64,000 nt of DNA. It comes from Prasinococcaceae sp. CCMP 1430. Its lineage: Eukaryota; Plantae; Prasinodermophyta. Where the stretch lies: contig RQSC01000806.1 in NCBI GenBank assembly GCA_013416795.1, positions 1-64,000 of the forward strand, in the 5' to 3' direction. Made by a program: the position numbers and the translations under genes. Below are positions 33,301 to 42,039 of the stretch, in pieces (position 1 is the stretch's first letter; every line of letters begins with the position of its first letter). Below the pieces are notes generated by a model that was given only the letters and a program-made list of their open reading frames with translations, was not told the origin of the DNA and searched no databases.

Positions 33301-33637
33301 GCGTGTACGGCGGCAGCTCCTCGAGCTCCTCGAGCTCTGGGTCGTCGTCGTGCACGAGCGCGTCCGAGTCGCCAACCGCCGCCGCCGCGGCGTCCACCTC
33401 GCCGCCCGTCGCCTCGGCATTGCGCGTGATTTTGAGCGCGCGTGCGTGGGCGTGGGCGTGGGCGTGCGCGTGTGCGTGTGCGTGTGCGTGTGCGTGTGCG
33501 TGTGTTTGGGCGTGTGTGCCCCCGATGGCGCCCGCCTCTAACGTCGCAGCTTGGGCCGATCCGCTACCGGCCTCACCCGCCACGGCGGCGCTGGCGTCGA
33601 CGAGGACGGACGTCACGCGCGCGCTCGCGCGCGGCAT
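30356..33637 (-). CDS. Class I 3',5'-cyclic nucleotide phosphodiesterase with N-terminal ion-transport/voltage-sensor-like transmembrane domain
   Basis: PDEase_I motifs are intact: YHNWRHVCDV, AHDLNHPGINN, VLENHH, LHTDM, HAADISNP, EFWQQGDRE and QIAFI. The N-terminus has several TM helices and the S4-like LRATRAARIGGRAGRLMRLVRVVRVLKFFR. The first ~100 aa are uncertain. Confidence 0.92.
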   Translation of the reverse strand: MPRASARVTSVLVDASAAVAGEAGSGSAQAATLEAGAIGGTHAQTHAHAHAHAHAHAHAHAHAHARALKITRNAEATGGEVDAAAAAVGDSDALVHDDDPELEELEELPPYTRIGPFAYRWDWRWQDRLRALARGRRLNALSSAALVFALFASDALLVAEAPPASVDGVEWSLFAVFVWFSLELAGITLIERKYFLSFYFWMDFVGTLSIIMDIRWMSEPIYEAFGVESGGQATVLRATRAARIGGRAGRLMRLVRVVRVLKFFRISRVLKGEADVKAEMSGRDAPSNIAKALSENISRQVATLVLLSVFVPMFLASEVVDTTALAYVNSLEAIALPQVAEAGAVDRASLQPLVDVFRRNFLGLSEAEHTGALPPGAVAGLAYAYDESYRCSGCGMQQKPFYLRVGDEVWGEEYFGRSEPAANAIMAVDGRNECPAARSEAAAAAGARAAAAAARGKEYRALAPCVSMRFDVSATQAEEGMWNILLVVFVILLLLAFSFMLNATSTRLVVRPIERIFRSIQMNAAQVMNSLALGHEGMEMRDMEAVVGKMTKLVKHVSGTGQQGDHMIKTMLDDTDMDDNTRDFIKQYSGDSAAAAHSSSPRRRRGGSIDLPSPNRGLGQAVGNGGGDAPATRDGEVSKAQVVATTQAFRDGAAGRGEARSVVSLSTSLDSWACDMEGLPTDEECAEHVMAMFDAFDLIDEMVHRDTLAAFIALMQQHYGETPYHNWRHVCDVTHAVYRYVSLTEDKIMPSPLEKFSLLVAALAHDLNHPGINNNFLVRTRDSKAIKYNDSSVLENHHVSMLYQLVADHPDADVFAKLDDAEWREARKLIIHTILHTDMVNHFKSLSQLEVWYELNTERVQRATQLAGQSDAECIFETPEERELIFSTILHAADISNPVRPMHIYKKWKMRVLEEFWQQGDREKARGLKVSPQMDRDRTSIPQSQIAFIDVIVAPLYKTMVLIFPELQATLATLCANRRELSNDRIDELLKQSTLDAVERAAERGKVLKGLERFLEKYSPDVLLGPRDARHEEGHGVLNAAVRRISVTTAPSLFKKTGESSSRSIRDAGDGGDSGGWRRRASVFVFGKRSSLT

Positions 33638-33802
33638 GGCGGTCGACGAGACGAGGGCGCGACGCGGCCGTCCTGCGTCACCGCGCGGCGCCTGCGCTGC
33701 GCGGCGCCGCGCTCAGGACGAGGCGGGCGCGCAGACGCAGGCGGGTGAGGCAGCCGGCCACCGCGCACGCGCGCGGGAGCGTCTCTGCCGCTGCGTCGCG
33801 TT

Positions 33803-33837
<35 letters not shown>

Positions 33838-34086
33838 CTTGCAGACGCACGGGCATGCGAGGCACGGCGCCGCGCGGCGCGGACGAAGCCCAGCCGCTAA
33901 GACAGCCCGCGCCCGAGCGTGTGTGCGGGGAACGCACGCCGGGCGAAGCAGGTGTGTGCGTGCGCGCGCGTGTGTGTGTGTGTGTGCGCGCGCGCGTGTG
34001 TGTGCGTGTGTGTGTGTGTAAGTGTGTGTGTGTGCGCGTGCGTGTGTGTGTGTGTGTGCGTGCGTGTGTGTGTGTGTGCGTGCGCG
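33803..34086. repeat. Compound microsatellite: (AC)n block followed by (GT/GC)n block
   Basis: (AC)n at about 33803-33838 and (GT)n-rich tract at about 33950-34086, in inverted orientation. Confidence 0.85.
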
Positions 34087-34162
34087 TGCGGCGCGCGAAG
34101 GGGCACGCCCCGCGCGCGCGCGCGCGTCCCTTCGCCGCTCCCTACGACCCTTGCTCAAACCC

Positions 34163-34349
34163 CACGTGGGTTGAGGTTCTTATCGGGCGCTTTTAGGTTG
34201 TATTCACGGCGCTAAAAGGGTCTAAATTATACGTCAAATCGCAAGGCGGCGGCGCGCGCGCGCGCACGTGGGTTGAGGTTCTGATCTGGCGCTTTTGAGG
34301 TTTATTCACGTCGCTAAAAGGGTCTAAAATATCATTCAAAGCGAAGGCG
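34163..34349. repeat. Tandemly duplicated ~85-bp promoter-like module (102-bp period) carrying a CACGTG G-box
   Basis: CACGTGGGTTGAGGTTCT..GGCGCTTTT..AGGTT..TATTCACG..CGCTAAAAGGGTCTAAA..CAAA..GC.AAGGCG at 34163 and 34265. Confidence 0.8.
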
Positions 34350-34692
34350 CCTCTGAGGGCGACGGTTCGGGCGCCCGCCCCAGATTTTTTTGATTTAGAA
34401 TTTTGGATTTTTTTGTGTCCGGGGCGGGAAGCAGGGGGGTCGAGGATTGCCCACGCCACGCCCCTCTCTCAGCCGCCATCGAGCGGCACGCCGACGGCTG
34501 CACGCATGTTGGCATCTCCTAAAAATCGGTTCCAATCTCCACGCAGAACCGACGAAAATATCACACGTAACGTGGCGCATACTATTTGAATTCCCGCAAA
34601 GCGCCCCCAAAAAGCGCGCGCACGCGGCGGACGCGGGCGGGCGCGGGCGGGGAGGTGGAAGTGGGGGTGGCGGGGCTGGCGCGACGCCGCAC

Positions 34693-34797
34693 CTTGACCT
34701 CGACGACGGCGCCCTCCACAGGGCTCTTGGCCTCGTGTGTCACCTTGTCGGTCTCGATGGTTACAACTGGCTCGTCGACGAAGACGTGGTCGCCCGG
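34693..34797 (-). CDS. Lipoyl-domain exon fragment (2-oxoacid dehydrogenase E2-like), truncated at the N
   Basis: Translates PGDHVFVDEPVVTIETDKVTHEAKSPVEGAVVEVK, with the lipoyl-Lys motif ETDK, and ends at an AAG|GTGCGG donor. It is absent from the ORF track. Confidence 0.8.
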
Positions 34798-34798
34798 N

Positions 34799-36482
34799 CG
34801 CCGCCGTGGCGGCCCCCGCGGCGCAGCGGCGCGCGCGCGGGACGCGCAACAAGGAGCTCGGGCTGGCCGACCTCGCCGCCAACTACCACGTGCCCATCAA
34901 CGAGGCCGCGCGGAACCTCGGCGTGTGCGTCACCGTGCTCAAGCAGGTGTGCCGCGAGCTGGGCGTCCAGCGCTGGCCCTACAGGAAGGTCAAGAAGATC
35001 GACGACATGGTGAGGATCATCGGCGGCGAGGTCGACGCCGACATGCCAAAGGACCTGCGCGATCGCATCGACAGGGTGCAGGAGGCGCGCGACTGCATCC
35101 TCAGCAACCCCAACTCGACGGCGCACAAGCGGCTCGGCAAGGTCAAGTCCTTCCGCGCGGCCAAGCAGGCGTCCCTCAAGGAGAGCCGAAAGCGCGCCGA
35201 GGCCGCCGCCGCGGTGGTCGCGGCCGCCGGCGCCGTCGACGGGGTCCACGACGCGACCGCCGACGCGCTGGGCAGCGGGCTGGGCGTGGTGGTCAAGAAG
35301 GAGGAGGGCGCGAACGGCGCGTACGAGGCCGTGGCGACCTGCGGCCCGGCCGGCGTCATCGCGGACGGCTCGGCGTTCACCGCCATCGCCGACGGCGCGG
35401 CGGCGGCGCCCGCGGGCGTCGCTCGCGCGTGGGGCGCGACGACCGTGGCGTCGCTGCCGCAGTCGGAGATCGACGAGATCGTCACGCAGGCGCTGGACGC
35501 CGTGCACGCCATGTTCCCGAACAACTCGAACGCGTCGGTGATCATCGCCGCCGCCGCGTCCGCCTCGGCGTCCGCCATGGCCACCGCGGAGACCATCAAG
35601 CAGATGCCCGAGCTGGGCGCGGTCGTCTCCACCGAGCACCTCGCAAAGGCCGCGCGGACCGCCGCGTGCACCGCCGCGTCGGCCGTCGGCAAGGCCGCCC
35701 TCGACGCGCCCGGCGGCTGGATCGCGCCCGCCCTGGTCGGCGCGTCGCAGGGCGGCGTGAGCGCGCCCGGCGGCTTCCCCGCCGCCATGGGCGCTGCGGC
35801 GAGCGCGCCGTACGCCATCGCGCCCAACGGCGTGCTGGGCAGCGTGGGCGTTGTGGGCGGGATGTCGACCGCCCTGCCCTACGGCGCCGGGACGGGCGCG
35901 CTGCACGCCGCCGCGCAGGTGCAGGCGCAGGCCGCGCAGCTCGTGCACGCGCAGGCGGCCGTGCAGGCGCAGGCCAGCGCAGGGGGAGGGGTGAGCGCAT
36001 CGCTGGGACCCCTCAACGTGCCCGTGTCCGCCTCGGACGGCGGCGCGGGGGAGGGCGCCGCGGTCGTGGCCTCTCCGCGCGCGGCTGTGGCGCCGGCGCA
36101 GCAGCTGGCGGGCGCGCAGGTAGGCGCGGGCGTCGGCTCGTCACAGGTGGGGTTGGCGCAGGCGCCAATGGCCTCCGCGAGCGGCGGCGTGGGCGTGTCC
36201 CTCTCGGCGATGGCGGCGGGGCCGGCGCCGGTGGCGCACGCGCCGATGCTCCAGCCCCCGCAGCCCCCGCCACCGCCCGCGGCGAACGGCGCCGCCAACG
36301 GCGCGAGCGCCAGCGCCGGCTCGCCGACCGTCGCGCCGACGCAGCCGCAGGTACAGGTGGCCGCCTACGGAGGCTGGCAGGCGCCCGCGGTGTCGACGCA
36401 GGTGGCCTCGCAGCCGCAGCACGCGCGGCCGGCGCAGGCGCACGTGTTCGCGGCCTCGCAGGCCCTCTACGGAGCCACGTAG
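34799..36482 (+). CDS. RWP-RK transcription factor (RKD-type), 5' end lost at the N
   Basis: LADLAANYHVPINEAARNLGVCVTVLKQVCRELGVQRWPYRKVKK is followed by an RKD-like helix (ARDCILSNPN) and an Ala/Gly/Gln/Pro-rich tail; no PB1 domain is visible. Confidence 0.9.
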
Positions 36483-36523
36483 GGCGCTGCACGCGGCGGC
36501 GAGCGGAGGCGACTCGCCGCACG

Positions 36524-36632
36524 CCGCAAACACACACACACACACACAGACGCGCAGATGCACGCGATGCACACGCAGACCCATACACACATACAGACCG
36601 CCGTGCGATCGCGGGTGCGCAATCCTACAAAC

Positions 36633-36674
<42 letters not shown>

Positions 36675-36890
36675 GCCACGCTGGCCCCGCGGGGGCGCGT
36701 CGAATTCCAAAGGTAACAAACGGGCGGGTTGCTCTCACCCCCGACGCCGAGCATCGGCGACGCACGGCGCCTCATCGCCGTCGCGAGCCCTTTGCAGCGG
36801 CGCGCGCGGCTTTCCACAGATAGGCACGTCCGTGCGTGTGTGTGTGCGTGTGTGCGTGTGTGTGTGCGTGTTTGCGCGCGTGTGTGTGTG
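36524..36890. repeat. Compound (CA)n ... (GT)n microsatellite block
   Basis: (CA)n at about 36524-36550 and 36635-36670; (GT/GC)n at about 36830-36890. Confidence 0.85.
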
Positions 36891-37036
36891 GACCTCCGAG
36901 TCCATCGGAGCTTGCAAGCGCGTCCGAGCGCGCGAGCTTACGCGAGATCCACGCGCGGACGCGCTGCTGTGCCTGCCGCGCGAGGGGAGCGCTCTAGAGA
37001 GCGCCCGCGCCCGCGCCTCGGCGCCTGCTCACCCGC

Positions 37037-39415
37037 TTACATGCCGCCCTTCGCGGCCTTCTTCGCGGCCTTCTTCTCCCCCTTCTTCTGCTTGGCCTTG
37101 TTCTTCTTGGACATCTTCTTCTTCTGCTTCTTCTTGGACTTCTTCTTCTCTGTCTTCTTGTTCTGCTTCTTCTTCTCGGCTTTGACGACACTCTCGCTGT
37201 CGCTCCACTCGCACCCGTGGACCTGGGTGCAGGCGTCCTTTCTGGTGAAGTAGCCGCAGTACTCTTGGGTCCGCACAACATTCGGCTCCTCGTAAGAAAT
37301 GGAGGCGCACTCTCCGTCCCTCCACTCGCACCCGTCGAACTCGGCGCACAAAGCGTCGCTGATGTCGCCGCACCCGTATCTGTAAGGCGCAGCCGCGACC
37401 CCGGTGATGTCCGAGACGTGTGTGTCCAAATATGCACATGTGTGTGTGCGCGCGTGTGCGTTGGCCCGCGTGTGTGTGAGTGCAGGTGTGTATGCGTGTG
37501 TGCGGATGTGTGTGCACGCCAGCGTCAGCCCCGGCGTGCGTGCGCGCGTGCGCGTGCATGTCCGTGCGTACGCGCGCGCGCTCGCGCTCACGAGCCGCGC
37601 CACGCACCCGGTGGTCGCGATGTCCCCGGCTGTGTGCGTGAGGGGTCTAGGCATGCACTTGGAGTCCTCCTTCTTGGACTTCATCTTCTTTGCCTCGTTC
37701 TTCTTGGCCTTGTTCTTCTTCTTCTCCTTCTTCTCCTTCTTCTCCTTCTTCATCTTCTGCTTCTCGGCCTTGACGAAGCACTCGCCATCCCTCCATTCGC
37801 AATCCTTCAACCAGGCACATTCGCCCTCGCTGCCGGTGACCCCGCAGTGCACGGCGCACTCGCCGTCCCTCCATCTGCAGTAGTAGTAGTAGGGGTGGCA
37901 GGAGTCCTCGCTGAGGCGAGAGTCGCAGCGCGCCTGGTACCACTGGGCCTGCATCTCCTCGGTGGAAAGGGAGGCGCACTCGCCTTCCCTCCACTTGCAC
38001 TCGTCGTTGTACTCGGCGCAGCACGCCTCGCCAAAGGCGCCGCAGTTGTTCATGTCGTCCTCGGCGGTGTCCTTGGGGGGGATGGTCTTGCTGTCGGCGA
38101 GCTCACCGGGCGCCGCGACGGCGCACTCGCCGTCCCTCCACTCGCACGCGGCGTACCCGGCCTGCACGTGGTAGTGGTTAGGGGCACCCGTCCGCACGCA
38201 TTCGCACTCGCTGCCGTAGCGGCCGCAGCGCTCTATGTTCTGTATGGCGATCATCTCTTCTGCGGAAAGGGAGGCGCACTCGCCGTCCCTCCACTCGCAC
38301 TCGTCGTTGTACTCGGCGCAGCAGGCCTCGCCGAAGACGCCGCAGTTGTTCATGTCGGCCTCGGCGGCGTCCGTCGGAAGGCTGGTCGTACTGTCGGATA
38401 CCTCCTCGGGCGCCGCGACGGCGCACTCGCCGTCCCTCCATTCGCACGCGGCGTACCCGCCCTCGAAGTGTGAGTGATTAGGGGCACGCGTCCGTACGCA
38501 TTCGCACTCGCTGCCGTAGCGGCCGCAGCGCTCTCTCCTCAATATGGCTCTAACCTCTTCGGCGGGCAGAGGGGCGCACTCGCCGTCCTTCCACTCGCAC
38601 GTGCTCCTCCAGGTGCAGATTTGCTCGCCCCTGGAGCCGCAGCTCTCTCTCTCCCTCACGACCTCCACCTCCTCGGCGGACAGGGGGGCGCACTTGCCGT
38701 CCCTCCACTCGCACTCGTCGTACTCGGCGCAGCAGGCCTCGCTGCCGCCGCCGCAGTTGTATGTGTCGGTCTCGGCGGTGTCCTTGGGGGGGAAGGTCAT
38801 GCTGTCGGAGCCCTCCTCGGGGGGCACGACGGCGCACACGCCATCCCTCCACTCGCACGCGGCGTACCTGGCCTGCAAGTAAGGGCCGGGACCGTACCCG
38901 GCCCGGAGCCACGAGTAAGGGTCGGGAGGGGCACCCCGCGCGCATTCGCACTCACTGGCGTAGAAGCCGCAGCGGTCTCTGTCCCACATGGCCCTCAGCT
39001 CTTCGGCAGACGTGGAGGCGGCGCACTCGCCGTCCCTCCACTCGCACGTGCTGTACCCGGAGCAGATTTGCTCGGGGGATTCGCCCTCCCGTTCGACTTC
39101 GGCGTAGTTCGCACAGTCCGCTCTGTTGTTCATAGCTACGATTTCCTCGGTGGGCAGGGGGGCGCACCCGCCGTCCCTCCACTCGCAGAAGCGGTAGTCA
39201 GAAGTGATCCCGTCGAAGAAGTTGGAGTTGGCGCAGTCATCCGGCGCAGCGATGGAGGGGCAGGCCGCGGACCAGCAAAACGCTCTTCGCCCGGGGTCAA
39301 ACAAGGGTGCGGAGCAACCAGGGGCCATTGGTAGAGCGAAACCCCCATGCGCGGCAGCAAGCGGCGAGGCCGCGAGCGCCAACGCCGCGGCGGCCGCGAG
39401 CGCCCAGGAGGGCAT
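37037..39415 (-). CDS. Secreted cysteine-rich repeat protein (CEWRDGEC x12-13) with two Lys-rich tails
   Basis: Signal peptide MPSWALAAAAAALALAASPLAAA. Exons 39415-37659 and 37379-37037, separated by a 279-nt in-frame intron rich in GT repeats. A 300-bp internal duplication is visible (38161 vs 38461). Confidence 0.82.
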   Translation of the reverse strand: MPSWALAAAAALALAASPLAAAHGGFALPMAPGCSAPLFDPGRRAFCWSAACPSIAAPDDCANSNFFDGITSDYRFCEWRDGGCAPLPTEEIVAMNNRADCANYAEVEREGESPEQICSGYSTCEWRDGECAASTSAEELRAMWDRDRCGFYASECECARGAPPDPYSWLRAGYGPGPYLQARYAACEWRDGVCAVVPPEEGSDSMTFPPKDTAETDTYNCGGGSEACCAEYDECEWRDGKCAPLSAEEVEVVRERESCGSRGEQICTWRSTCEWKDGECAPLPAEEVRAILRRERCGRYGSECECVRTRAPNHSHFEGGYAACEWRDGECAVAAPEEVSDSTTSLPTDAAEADMNNCGVFGEACCAEYNDECEWRDGECASLSAEEMIAIQNIERCGRYGSECECVRTGAPNHYHVQAGYAACEWRDGECAVAAPGELADSKTIPPKDTAEDDMNNCGAFGEACCAEYNDECKWREGECASLSTEEMQAQWYQARCDSRLSEDSCHPYYYYCRWRDGECAVHCGVTGSEGECAWLKDCEWRDGECFVKAEKQKMKKEKKEKKEKKKNKAKKNEAKKMKSKKEDSKCMPRPLTHTAGDIATTGCVARLVSASARAYARTCTRTRARTPGLTLACTHIRTHAYTPALTHTRANAHARTHTCAYLDTHVSDITGVAAAPYRYGCGDISDALCAEFDGCEWRDGECASISYEEPNVVRTQEYCGYFTRKDACTQVHGCEWSDSESVVKAEKKKQNKKTEKKKSKKKQKKKMSKKNKAKQKKGEKKAAKKAAKGGM

Positions 39416-39841
39416 GGCCGCGAGGGCCGACTGCGGCGCGTACGGTGTAGGCGCAGCAGGGGCGGCGGCCGTCGCCCCCGGCGCCGCACAGCGCCAGCGG
39501 CGTGCAGTGTCACTGTGGCGCACCCTCGAGCCCTGCAAACACCCCCCAAAAACAGGGTCGCAGCAGCCGACAGAGCGCACGGGCGCGGAGCATGGCCCTC
39601 ACGACGGCGGAGCGCGTGCAATGTACTTCGGCGGACAGCGCCCGGCGCCTGCGAGCGAGTAGGAGGGCGAGGGGCGCGCGGTCAAGCGGGATGGTGCGGG
39701 TGCGGGTGCGGGTGCGGGCTGCTACTGGGCAGTGCAGCTGCACAGAGGGCCTCGCGCACGCCCGCGGGCCAGAGAGACGGCACGGTCGGCCGCCGAGCAT
39801 GTAAGAAAGGAGTGTTTCAAAATAGGTGACATGGAGGCGCC

Positions 39842-41333
39842 CTACGCGGTCACGCTGGTGCTCTTGGCGAGCTCAGGCAGGTTGGGCGCATAGAAGTCGG
39901 GCTTGATGGCGTTCTCCGGCGAGAGGAGCGTCTCCTCGGTGGTCACGCCGCTGAGCACCAGCATTGTGCGCGCGCCGCCGTTGTTGCCGAACTCGATGTC
40001 CGTGTCCAGGCGGTCGCCCACCATGCAGATCTCGTCGGCGGCGATGCCGAACTTCTTCTGCATGTACTCGAGCATGAACATCGAGGGCTGCGAAGGGGTG
40101 GAGAGGAGGGAGAGGGTGTTTGTGTGTGTGTGTGTGTGGTGGTGGTGGTGGGGGAGTGTTCCAGAGGGCAGCGGCGATGGTGGGAGTGGCGAGGGCGGTA
40201 GCGCTCACCCCGGAGCTGTCGAGAACGGCGCGGAGGGCGCCGGGGTGGGCGGGGGCGGTGCACGCGTCAGCGTCGCATGCGATGGCCGTGGGGCAGCGCT
40301 GAGAGGAGCACGTGGGGCGCGCGCGTCCGGTGCGCCCGTCCACGCCTGCGCCCACCTATCCCTCACGCGAGCGCAAAGAGAGACATACCTTGCCGACGAC
40401 AGTGGGCTCAACCTTGGTGGAGCCCTTGATAGCGCCCACCATTGAGCCGTTGCCCGCCCACTCCTGCTCAGCGGTGAGGTGCGTGACGGCGTCGCAGTTG
40501 GTGGCGATGAACTCGCAGTCGTCGTTCTCGCGAATGCACAGCGTCGCCATCTGAATCTTGTGGTAGTTGACGTTGCGGTCGAAGCCGACCACCACCGCCT
40601 TGACGTTCTTGTCCTGCAGCAGCTTCTCACCCGGCTTGAGCTCAACCTTCTTGTCGGAGTCCGCCGGGCCACCGATGGCCTGGATGCCCGCCATCTCAAG
40701 CTCCTCAATAATGCCCACCTCGCCGATGACGTACACCTTCTTGTCCTTGGGAAAGTCGCTCTGCTCCAGATAACCAGCGGCCGCGAACGAGCTGGAGAAA
40801 ACCTCCTCCGGCTTCACGTTGAGACCAAGGCTGGTGAACTTCTTCACGTAGCCCGCGCGCGACTTGGTCGAGTTGCTGTGGCGCGGCCGGGGTTGAAGGG
40901 CCGGGAGCGGGCAAGCGCAGGGGCGCGCGGGGTGGGGGCGTCAGCGTGCGGGCTCGTGTGCACGCGCGAGCGAGAGCATGCGCGAGGACGCGCAGGAGCG
41001 GGTGCTTTGTGGCGGGCCACGCACTTGGTGACGAAGATGAGGCGCTTGCCTTGCTCGCGCAGGAAGTCGAGAGTCTCAGGCACGCCCGGGATGACCGAGT
41101 CGCCCTTCCAGATGACGCCGTCACAGTCGAAGATGAAGGTCTTGGTCTTCGCGATGAGGTCCGCCTGCGTGCGTTGCGGCGGAGGCGCGTGTGGCGCCCG
41201 TCGGCGCGTCAGCGAGGCGCCGCGCATCCCTCGCGCGCAGCCCGCCACCCCCTACTCGCGCGCGAACCTTGTCCTCGTCGGCGAGCGGCTTGCACGCCTT
41301 CTGCGCCATCGCGCGCGCCGCCGCGCGCCGCGC
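39842..41333 (-). CDS. PGLP1: Phosphoglycolate phosphatase (HAD subfamily IIA), N-terminus in the gap
   Basis: Exons ..41333-41268, 41164-41025, 40875-40389, 40087-39842. Motifs FIFDCDGVIW, FVTN|NSTKSR, ATNCDA, VGK|PS and MVGDRLDTDI. Confidence 0.93.
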
Positions 41334-41863
41334 NNNNNNNNNNNNNNNNNNNNNNNNNNNNNNNNNNNNNNNNNNNNNNNNNNNNNNNNNNNNNNNNNNN
41401 NNNNNNNNNNNNNNNNNNNNNNNNNNNNNNNNNNNNNNNNNNNNNNNNNNNNNNNNNNNNNNNNNNNNNNNNNNNNNNNNNNNNNNNNNNNNNNNNNNNN
41501 NNNNNNNNNNNNNNNNNNNNNNNNNNNNNNNNNNNNNNNNNNNNNNNNNNNNNNNNNNNNNNNNNNNNNNNNNNNNNNNNNNNNNNNNNNNNNNNNNNNN
41601 NNNNNNNNNNNNNNNNNNNNNNNNNNNNNNNNNNNNNNNNNNNNNNNNNNNNNNNNNNNNNNNNNNNNNNNNNNNNNNNNNNNNNNNNNNNNNNNNNNNN
41701 NNNNNNNNNNNNNNNNNNNNNNNNNNNNNNNNNNNNNNNNNNNNNNNNNNNNNNNNNNNNNNNNNNNNNNNNNNNNNNNNNNNNNNNNNNNNNNNNNNNN
41801 NNNNNNNNNNNNNNNNNNNNNNNNNNNNNNNNNNNNNNNNNNNNNNNNNNNNNNNNNNNNNNN
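41334..41863. other. Assembly gap (N run)
   Basis: 530 Ns. Confidence 1.
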
Positions 41864-42039
41864 GGAGGGGCGGGAGGGGCGGCATCGCTGCTCCGAACCG
41901 CCGCACGCGGGCGGGCGGGGCGGCGCCGCGCCAAAGAGGAGGACGGGCGGCCGCGCAGGGCCGCTGCGAGGCGCGCGCGCGCGGCTCTTTTTTTTTTTTT
42001 CCTCAGGGGGTTGGGGCCTGAGGTGGTTGGTCCGCGCAG

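Noticed and set aside
33613-34215. ORFs encoding THTHTH/CVCVCV stretches
   Set aside because: Translations of (CA)n/(GT)n microsatellites.
34586-36823. Long Arg-rich ORFs overlapping the RWP-RK gene, and similar ones across the window (e.g. 5972-7537, 53659-55104, 56397-58130, 61110-62606)
   Set aside because: Alternative-frame or antisense shadows caused by high GC and codon bias; the true frames carry the recognisable motifs.
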